Source: Tubulanus polymorphus
Taxonomy: Eukaryota; Animalia; Nemertea
Direction of reading: 5' to 3'
DNA length: 64,000 nucleotides
Assembly: GCF_964204645.1 (NCBI RefSeq)
Contig: NC_134028.1
Location: 26,904,345 to 26,968,344, forward strand
Made by a program: the position numbers and the translations under genes. The notes below the pieces were generated by a model. That model was not told where the DNA came from, made no database searches, and saw only the letters and a list, made by a program, of their open reading frames with translations. Of the stretch, positions 40,930-50,832 are shown piece after piece; within the stretch, counting starts at the first letter, position 1; each line of letters opens with the position of its first letter.

Positions 40930-43900
40930 ATGCATTTATTTTCAATCTGCGCAATAATTACTGTTATATCATCTAGTCACTGGATCACACTAACTACGAC
41001 GAGTAAGTTACCGATATTTAGTCATGAGTTGCTGTTATGTGTTTGATCTTGACAACTCTGAGCCTGGTTTCCCATTTTGTGAGTTTGATGTAGCTCACAG
41101 CTCCACGGAAGTTTGTATAACTCGTTGTAACTTTGATAAAACGCTGGGTTGCATTCAACTTTGAGAGTTTAATATAACTGTTTGGCTAATTCCACAGTTT
41201 AGGGCTATGAGTCGACGGGTTGAAGGGTTAAAACATTGATTAACTTAATTAAGACTTTATTTCCAACTTATTAACTAGGACCTGTTAAACTATTGGCTCC
41301 GATTAACAGTTGGTAAACTTAGAAGTCAAATTCTGACTCAGAAAACAGTGAAACTAGGTCCTAGTTATCAGCTAACACTGTTGTAAGCGTCACCAGCCCC
41401 GGATCTAATTGTGTGAGTAAATTTCACTGTTGTTTTGTTATGGATTTTAGCAAATACCTGCGTGGATAATGTAGCTCAGAAGTCTGATTGTCCAGAGTCG
41501 GCTGCCAGAGGTGACTGCGACACAGATACGACGCACGTACCTACTAATTGTCCACTATCCTGCGCTGAATCGTGCCGATGTCCGAGTAAGTTCTAAATCG
41601 GACATTTATAGATGCTTCATCAATAAAAGGTTTCTCTTATGACTTTCAATGAAATCCGTTTAGGTAACGTAGTCGGAGGTCAAGCTCAAGATAATAATGA
41701 CTGTAATTGTGCGCATTACATACACGATGGCAAACTAGAGAATGGAGAAAGCTGGATCAATAGTTATTGTCCATCATCAGTATATCGCAGGCTAAGTACG
41801 TAGGTCGGTTTTATATTAGCTGTTGTCACATACAACGATTCGCGTATGTTCTACTTTCTCTCTACTATTCGACAGTATTTCCCTGTCACAATCGACCTAT
41901 GCTGTCTTGAAACTGACCTTTACTCGCCGTACAGCGTCCCTGACAATCGTAACCGATGTACACCTGCTTTTCTAGATTAAAATCATGACTTACATCTGAA
42001 CCCATTCTAGGTTCACCTGTAATCATGATAGGGGTTGCAAAATAGGCCTACAGTCTGATGACTGAAATGCTAAAAGATATTATAACATGACAAATTCTGG
42101 TTTGCTTAAACAAGAACATTCAATTTTTCGATATACTTAATTTTCTATGTCCTATTTCTAAAAATACTCGAGAACGCAGCCGTGGTATGACGTAGATATC
42201 ATATTTTGTAGATATGCCATGCCCTGATCCACCGGCAATACCGTTGACTAATTACACCACGACTTTCGGCAATAAATGGTTATCTGAAGTTATCTATAAA
42301 TGTCAACCAATAGCAGAAACAAACCTTACCGCAAACGATAACGGCAGACGTATTTGTTTGCGCAATCAGACCTGGCTATTGCAGAAAGACCACGGAGAAA
42401 TCAATTGTTACCGTAAGCATTCATTTGTTTGTTTGTTTGTTTGTTTGTTTGTTTGTTTGTTTGTTTGTTTGTTTGTTTGTTTGTTTGTTTGTTTGTTTGT
42501 TTGTTTGTTTGTTTGTTTGTTTGTTTGTTTGTTTGTTTGTTTGTTTGTTTGTTTGTTTGTTTGTTTGTTTGTTTGTTTGTATTGTTCTGTGTCGTTTCCC
42601 AATTTTTAAGACCTATTGGATTGTTCATCTAAACTTGGCGATTGGCTTAATTAACTACCGGGTATTTGATGATCATCTTTCTATATTCAACATATCATAC
42701 ATGTCTGTATTGCACCTCGACACTGACGAGGACTGCGGCTAATGCGCGTCATCATTTTTAGTTAAAACCTGCACAGACGCTCCGGATACCATCGACAATG
42801 CCACGTGGTCTGTGAGCGTACCAATCAACGAACGTGGTTACGAACACGGGACCGTCTTAACCTACACGTGCTTACCCGGATACGAAGTCATATCCGGTGA
42901 CGTCACTAGAACGTGTGAAGCTAACGCGACGACTGTGATGTGGACTGATTGGACGCCACCTGTATGCGTGAGTACGTACTAAATAGAAAGATAAGATTAT
43001 AGTATTAATCGATGAATTGTAGTCGGGAATTAGGATGATATTTTTGTACGGCGATTTAGAAAAGGATTGCGGTGCAGCCTCGAGTATAGCTCACGGTACA
43101 GTCGACTTCGATATGACCACCTACGATGAAATAGCCACATATACCTGCGACGAAGGCTACATTTTCGAAAATGAAAACGACACAAAAAGATGCGACGAAA
43201 ATGGAAAATGGATCCCGGATTTAGTTTGTCTCGGTAATTATTCACACCGGATACTGTTAAATGATTATCTTATGGCCGCGGAATGTACAAGAAATTCTAA
43301 AGAAAATAATTGATTTTTGTCACATGATGTTCAGATCATATAACCATCATAATGATCATTAAAATGATAGATTTGTTTGTGTTCGATTATAATTTATTTC
43401 TAAATTCAATATACAATTCATCTTTTCGATACATCGTCGATATGTAATGATCGTCCAAGCTAAAAACTGTATTTACATACGAGCTATCAGTTTACATATC
43501 AATAGAATTATGATTTATGTCGTATCAGGTGTCGATTGTGGGGAACCGCTGTCGTTAGAGTTTGCGACGTTTACCTCGCTATCGACCAGATACCCAGCCG
43601 TGGCCACCTATACATGTCAAAGTGGTTACAAGTTGAAGAACAGCGCCAACGATAAATTATCCTGCGCCGAAAATGGCACGTGGGAAGGAGAGAAACCGGT
43701 TTGTGAAGGTGAGAGAATTAATCATTCAACGTTTTGAAAGGCGCCGGTATGTGTTACGACTAAGTAGCGATATTAAAATAACGATCACTCACCGGGTGTC
43801 GAACCCTATATTTGTGTCATATACATTCGTGATTAAGTCGTTCGTATATGCGTAACACGATACTAGATATAGGTTTTAAAAACGGGTTGAAAAAAGAACA

Positions 43901-44889
43901 AAATCAAAGATGCAAAATGACCAATTTCATAGACATTTCACGGATAGTAGAAACAACAGCCGCTGTTTCACACTTTAATCGTAGCATCCATTATTGTATC
44001 ATCTTTTCGTGATTTTATGCGACAAGCCCTTGAATCCCCCTATACAGCATATCAGCTCTCTACCGACCGCTTCTATCAGACTCTCTACCGACCGCTTCTA
44101 TCAGACTCTCAACCGACCGCTTCTATCAGACTCTCAACCGGCCGCTTCTATCAGACTCTCAACCGACCGCTTCTATCAGACTCTCTACCGACCGCTTCTA
44201 TCAGACTCTCAACCGACCGCTTCTATCAGACTCTCAACCGACCGCTTCTATCAGACTCTCAACCGGCCGCTCTTATCAGACTCTCAACCGGCCGCTTCTA
44301 TCAGACTCTCAACCGACCGCTTCTATCAGACTCTCAACCGACCGCTTCTATCAGACTCTCAACCGACCGCTTCTATCAGACTCTCAACCGGTCGCTTCTA
44401 TCAGACTCTCAACCGGTCGCTTCTATCAGACTCTCAACCGACCGATTCTATCAGACTCTCTACCGACCGCTTCTATCAGACTCTCTACCGACCGCTTCTA
44501 TCAGACTCTCAACCGACCGCTTCTATCAGACTCTCAACCGGCCGCTTCTATCAGACTCTCAACCGACCGCTTCTGGTTACGCTATTTCGGAATAGTTTAA
44601 AATGTATTCTGATCGTGACGAATGCGGTGGAACAGTATTAAAAAATCGGTAAAGACGATCCATAACCTGCCTCCAGTATATGAATGAAAGTGATGCACTG
44701 TGGTTATGTATTATTTTTTCAGCGAAACCCACTTCCGAAAAAAGTCGACCGGTATTGATTTATATCGGTGTCGGTGTCGCGGTCGGTGTAGTTTTGATCA
44801 TTATAATAACAGGGGTAACAATACACTGTCGTATAAAGCAGCGCGCGAAGAATCGAATAGCAAAAATACAAGTGGCACCATCCGCCTGA
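40930..44889 (+). CDS. Type I membrane protein: signal peptide - ShKT - ShKT-like - 4x sushi/CCP - TM - short tail (isoform A, ~423 aa)
   Basis: Exons 40930-41002 (MHLFSICAIITVISSSHW, signal-like), 41451-41585 (CVDNVAQKSDC-PESAARGDC-DTDTTHVPTNCPLSCAESC, ShKT Cys spacing), 41664-41795, 42212-42412, 42762-42971, 43060-43233, 43529-43708 (the last four each have the sushi C..C..C..W..C pattern), 44723-44889 (IYIGVGVAVGVVLIIIITGVTI TM). All introns are phase 1 GT-AG. Confidence 0.88.
42424..42580 (+). repeat. (TTTG)n microsatellite in a sushi gene intron
   Basis: Direct reading, ~39 units. Confidence 0.97.
44050..44575 (+). repeat. 25-bp minisatellite (CCGACCGCTTCTATCAGACTCTCAA), ~21 copies, in the last intron of the sushi gene
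   Basis: Direct reading; explains the 25-aa periodic ORFs. Confidence 0.95.
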
Positions 44890-44990
44890 ATGTACGTGTG
44901 GTCTGAGGCCCCGAGCAGCCTGCGATTGGTGGAGTGAACTATCCGATCTGAACAACCGAAATAATAGATATGTATATATTTATTTTTCAG

Positions 44991-45160
44991 CGATCCAACC
45001 AGTGACGGAAGACAGTAATAACCAAGCTATTTATATCGGGGTTGGGGTCGGAGTTGGTGTGGTGGTGATCACAGCAGCCTCTGTCGGCGCGTATTTCGGC
45101 ATCAAGCATCTGAAAATGATAACTAAAATCCAAAAAATAAACATCGCGCCGGTGGCTTAG
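44991..45160 (+). CDS. Alternative terminal TM/cytoplasmic exon B of the ShKT-sushi gene
   Basis: Acceptor tatttttcag|cg, phase 1. Encodes AIQPVTEDSNNQAIYIGVGVGVGVVVITAASVGAYFGIKHLKMITKIQKINIAPVA*, paralogous to exon A. AATAAA follows at ~45168. Confidence 0.75.
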
Positions 45161-45471
45161 AATGGAAGAATAAATACCGTAGAACCGACTTCATTCAGAT
45201 CCATCGAGCGATGCGGAATTCACTGATTAACGGGAAAAAATTATCTTACATACATTACGGCTTGATGGACAGTTGCAATGAACAATGAGTTTGTCGGCAG
45301 ATGTAAAAATAAGGGGTCCGGGGTCTTTACGTGGGCGCCGCGTCCCGTTGTTCTTTTGCGATACCCCGGACCCACGCCTGAGATCAAAATCCGGATTGAA
45401 CTGATCTGAATCGAGCGGTGAAATTTGATCATACCTTAAAGTGATGCACTGTTTATGTATTATTTTTTCAG

Positions 45472-45572
45472 CGAAACCCACTTCCGAAAAAAGTCGACCG
45501 GTATTGATTTGCGTGTCTGTACAGATGATTAACTGTTATGAATACTCGCTGTGTTATACTGACTGTAAATAA
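45472..45572 (+). CDS. Putative third terminal exon C (no TM) made by partial duplication of exon A
   Basis: 45439-45510 is a near-exact copy of 44688-44761, including the acceptor. Reads AKPTSEKSRPVLICVSVQMINCYEYSLCYTDCK*. AATAAA overlaps the stop codon. Confidence 0.35.
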
Positions 45573-45938
45573 ACTCTAATGCTGTTTTTGATTGTATAAA
45601 TAAAATATATTATATTTTTTACACAACAACAAATTGATGACGTAGTAATATTTTAAATGCCCGACACAAAAGTATTAAATAAGGTAAACGTTTTGTTTAT
45701 ACGCTTGAATAGAAAGATGTGAATCATTTGAATAAATGTTTTTTACAAAGTTTAGTCTAAAAACAGTTCAACCGTAAGAAAAACTGTAGTAGCGGGGATT
45801 AATTCTACATCGTTTCATTTTACGCCTAGTGACATTTTTAATCGACGACAGTTTTGTAATGAGTAAGTCAACCTCGCTCGACAGCGTGTGTGAATACAGT
45901 TACCAGTCTCTTCAATTCATCACTTTTTAATCAACCTC

Positions 45939-46215
45939 TTCGAACCTGATGGCATCGAGACTACCTTGACCCGGAAACCTACCTGATTGGTCGAGTGCGC
46001 AGCTTAGAGATGATGTCATTATGAACCAATCAGAAAAGCCTTTTTATTTCAGCCTGGATTTTCCCATTTGTAATTTATCCGTGAAATCTGCTACAGCGAT
46101 TATGGTTCCTTGCGCAGGTAGCCCCTGCGCACTCGGTATAATAATGGAAGGGTTTTGTGCCGTGTCTAAGTCTAGCGATGCTGCGATCAGGTTCGAACCC
46201 CTGCCGTAGGAGAAT
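45939..46215. mobile_element. MITE family B copy between the convergent 3' ends of the sushi gene and AOS-LOX
   Basis: ttcgaacctgatggcatcgagac...gatgctgcgatcaggttcgaacc; internal gcagcttaga-gatgatgtcatta..accaatca shared with the 59151 and 62280 copies. Confidence 0.7.
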
Positions 46216-46387
46216 ACCATTTCAATGGGGGGGGGGGGGGGGTATGTCTGAGGAGCGGTTCATTTCACAAAGTATCGACGATCAGTTTTTGTAAGGATGG
46301 CGACTAGGGGGTTGTCGAGTATAGAACAGCAGATTGAATGTGTTGAATAGTTCGGATGAAAACACTGAATCCTCCTCAGTGTTATCA

Positions 46388-49300
46388 TTAAATAGCGATA
46401 CTACTTGGAACCCGCTCTGGTAGTAAATAAACGTACGGCACTTCTCTAGTTTTATTCCGTTCGTGTATCGTGGCGCTTATTTGTTTTACGGCTTTACTGA
46501 ATTTCTTCATCAAATCCCTCGGTTCCAGATCGGTGAAATAATCATTCGGATATTCACCCAGAAATATCTGAAATAAAAAACGAATTTGAGTTATTTCTCG
46601 ACTTGAGAACAAGCTCTTTAGATAGATGATGAGACAAATTACCTCTTCCGAACTGTATTGCGATAGCGGATAAACAGCGGCTAATGCATTAGCACTGAGC
46701 AGCCAATTAGGTAGTGATTCTATAATTAGATCCATATTGACCACGCCTTTCTCTGTTGGTGGAGGTCGCAGCATGGTCAGTGGATAGTTGGGTACGAATG
46801 CCATATAGTCCATTTGATTGAAGTTGACGGCTGCGTGTTGACACGATGCTGAGAATATCAACATTGTTATCCACTCGTCTAGTAACCTCTTCGTTTCAAA
46901 TCTTTCAGAAAACAAATCATTATTAAATCATAAAGCTACAAATTCATTTCATTACTCAAAAGTTCCCAATAAAGTAATTTAAGATGCGTCAGTCTATTTA
47001 TTAATCGTTACTGAAAATACTTGACTGACAGTTGAGAATTCTTTAAATTCCAATCTAACAACTCAAGACATGTCGGAACTCTTCAGCTTTATCCAATCTA
47101 ACAACTTACTTAGAGGCGTTTACCAATTTTGGTTCTATATAGCCAAACAAAAAACCTAATGCCAGTGCACGATCATATTTCTATAGCGAAACTTTTAACT
47201 TAAGACCTGTCAGTCTTAGCTGATTTTGGTTCTAGAGGCAATGTAACTACCATAACCTGTCATTTAAGACCATTTCTGGACATTCTGTTGTTAGAATACA
47301 AACCGTTCTGGGATTCCATGGTCCTCATGGCCTTCGTATTGACGGAATCCATTTTCGCGAAGGTCAGCCAGCCAGGCCTGTATCTCTTCATCGGCGACTA
47401 CATCATTATCTGATTTATAAAACAATGACGTCATCTCGACGACGAATGCGTGAATGGCGTCCCAGATCAGGTAGCCATCTTCCCGGAAGTGGTAAAACGG
47501 AAGTTTCTCGGGGTCGTCGACTCCGCGATTTTTCATATCTTGTTTGAGGAAAAGTTCGCTGATGTTAAATCGTGAATACAGTTTTGATATATACTGAATG
47601 TGGCCACCTCCTATAATCAATAAATACATCTTTAATTCAATGATATGAATAAACTGAGTTTTACACAAGAATCTAATCCGAAAGTTCACCAAACAAAAAC
47701 CATAACGCCAACATCTATTATCAATGAATTTCATACTTTTCGAATTATCACTACTTCTGCGGGACGTTTTACTTCCATCTAAATCACTAGTTATCTCGGA
47801 CTAGAGTGTTTGATTAATTAATGCGCGATTTATAGTTCCTTGTTGCCAGTTTAAAGATGTGTTAATGGACAATACTCAAATAACAAAAAAAAATATTCTT
47901 ATTTTTTCCTGATCCCTTCTGTTTTGACACGCCTTTTACCAAAAGATGCTTTTGGAAAATTTTATTCCACCCCTTCGCTCTTCTATTTTTTCTTAGAAAT
48001 ATCCATGCTCTAAGTAACAACAACAAAAGGCCTCAAAGAGATATTTCTAAGAGAACTCACCGCCGATCGCCATTGTATTATCGACGACCTTCCCTTCACC
48101 TGTAAGCGCAACTCGACCAATCGTATTGATAGCGATCGTGTGACGCATGTGTGGAATCAACATCTTGAATACTGGATGCGCAGACGGTAACTGTCTCATA
48201 GTCGCTACTGCTATAGCTTCTATTATGAAATGAGTCCTGGATAAATGATAGTACATCTGATGTATCTGACTATCGGCGCATTTCACGTGTATCTTAGCCA
48301 GAGTCCAGTCATCCTGGGAATCAGAGGGAAGGAATACGGGGTTGTTCGGTCCTGGTGTTTGCTGTAGTTGTATCGCTATCGGTACTAAGTGTCCTGATTT
48401 CCTCACGTACAGTAACGCGATAGGTTCGGCCACGTATCGAGTCTCACCGGACACGTTATAACGCGGAATACCGGTCAGATCACTGTAGTCCAGAATATAC
48501 ACGTGACCATCCTGAAATTACATTCATCGTATTTACATATCATCCACGAGATTGGCGTAAACAGATTGCTCATAGCCATTATCTATTTGGCTAAGAAATT
48601 GACAGCTTGTTTGTCTTTTCTGCTAAGCTCAAAAATCGACCTGGCCAGCCACCTATTTACCCTGTATTTTATTTAAAATCATGATCAAGCTAACAATAAC
48701 AAACCTGCCAGTAATAGAAATGAACTGATTTCAAATCTTAAGTGAACCGCCGATTATGAGAAAGAAAGAAAGGTATCATTTTTCCATGTATGAGGCGGCC
48801 CATATTGGATCAAGCGAAGTTTTGATCAGATTTCTGAACAAATATTTTTAGATAGTCAAAAATGGACGCTTTAACATGAAACAGGTGACGAATCAAAAAT
48901 GTCAAATATCAAAATTTCGTCGATGACACAAAAAAAGTCATTCTCACCTTGATTTCTTCATCAAGAGATTTACCTCGATCCAGAAATGGTTTCAGCATAC
49001 CATCATCTACAGCGAGTTTATTCGGTAGTTCCGTGCATCGTCGCAGGTGATGCGGGTTCGTTCCGGTCAGAAAATGGCGTCCATATTCCGCGTCATCCCA
49101 GAAATGATCGTAGAAATAATCGTAGACGCCTTCCGATTTTTGACAGATGTTCGCGAAATCTCGATAGTCTTTCAGCGACGTGAATCCGTGCGACATCAAC
49201 GCGCCGACCGTCCTGTATCTTAATCTTGCTTGTCCAAATAGTAGAAAGAAATCTCGTGATTTCTCGTCGTTGAATTGTACATCTCGCGGGAGTTCGTTGT

Positions 49301-50832
49301 GTTTGTCGTGGTCGATAGATGACGACAGCCCGGGTAGATGGCGCCACGGGAACTGTTCACGGCGCCATTGAACTTCAAGTTTTCGGAAATTTCGTAAATG
49401 CGCGTCTTTTTCCTGGTAGCACAGTGACGCTATTGAAAATTACAAGTTAAGAATCGTTATATTCTATACACGTGCTGGTAGCCGAAGTCTTCGTAACTGT
49501 CACGTAACCACATCATAGCCACCCAGCTGGCTATATGCCCACATCATAGCCATATTCAGATAGCTATGTCCACTTCATAGCCACTCAGCTGGCTATGTCC
49601 ACATTATAGCCATACTCAGATAGCTACGGCAAGATCATAGCCATCTAAACATACCAGATATCGAAACTATGACTTACCGTCTCCTTTCTGAAATATGGCG
49701 TTTGTTCTGAGCCAACTGTAACAGGGGAATTCAACTGACTTCTTACGGCTACAGTCGAACACTATGACGTAATCGATAGCGTGGTCATCTTGACCACGTC
49801 CTCGTAAACTGACCTCTATAGCCCTGACTTGACCAACGTCTCGTTCATTCGACACCTTCAAGAATTAAGATTACTATTATATTTGGCGAACCTACGAAAC
49901 ACACATTTATTTTCGAGCATCCATAACTTTTTATTTCTGGTCCAGGCCATCCTCCGCGTTTCGTTCGATATATTATATTCCTTACTCATACCAGGTCTAC
50001 TGACTGGTTCTATCTATATCCACACCTCGTGGTCTCCTATCAGTTGCATCCCATTCCTTACATCTTTTGAGCCACAGGGAAAAATAGGTATAACTTGGGA
50101 TATGAACAATCCACGCAATATCATTGAACCGATCAATTTATATTGAAATACACTATACCGCCACGCGCGTGGCTGTTTCAGAAAAAATGAAACTGAATAT
50201 CTATTTGTCGATGTCGTATGGTCGTATCGTCAGGACAGCGTCACGAAAAATCAATTTATTGCGACGAGAAAAAACCGCGGATGGTGTTTAGATCGCGTGA
50301 GAATTTCTAAACTAACAACATCTCAAGTGATATTTACCTTATAAGCATCGACTCGTCCTTTCTTGAAGTCATCGTGGAACGTATGGTCCAGTTTTATAGA
50401 CTTAGTAACAGCCTGCGTACCTAAACAGAAGAACAAGAAAACTAACTTGACAGAAGAGAAATAACGCGAGATCATTGTTAAATGGTATACTTGTATCTTG
50501 CATCTGCAGATGATAACTAATGACTGATACCAATCACATTGGACAATGATTAAGGATTTTAGAGCCCATTCCATGATACTCGAGGCTTTGAATTGATCCA
50601 TTCACATTTCAAAAGGACTTCTTTTAAGGACTTCAAGAACTTCTATGAACCCAATTATTGTAATGTTTTAACGGCGTCAAAACAATAGCGTCTAGAAATA
50701 TAACATGTTTTATTGATAAAAGTAGATGGTACCGTTGAGCGATATAAAGAAATCCCTATCGGTCCCCGCTGAACCCATATCAGCCGTTTTAACCAGTAAG
50801 ATATAATCGGAAATATCGAAATTTCCGTCATC
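46388..50832 (-). CDS. PLAT + lipoxygenase catalytic domain of the fusion, exons 6-13
   Basis: All expected non-heme iron ligands are present: two His in HLSRTH, His and Asn in QHAAVNF, and a terminal Ile (PSSIAI*). Gly at the stereocontrol site (INTIGR). Confidence 0.95.

Noticed and set aside
43994-44641. 215-aa and 192-aa ORFs, possible mucin-like stalk exon
   Set aside because: Unit length 25 is not a multiple of 3, several frames are open, and no convincing splice sites; intronic minisatellite.
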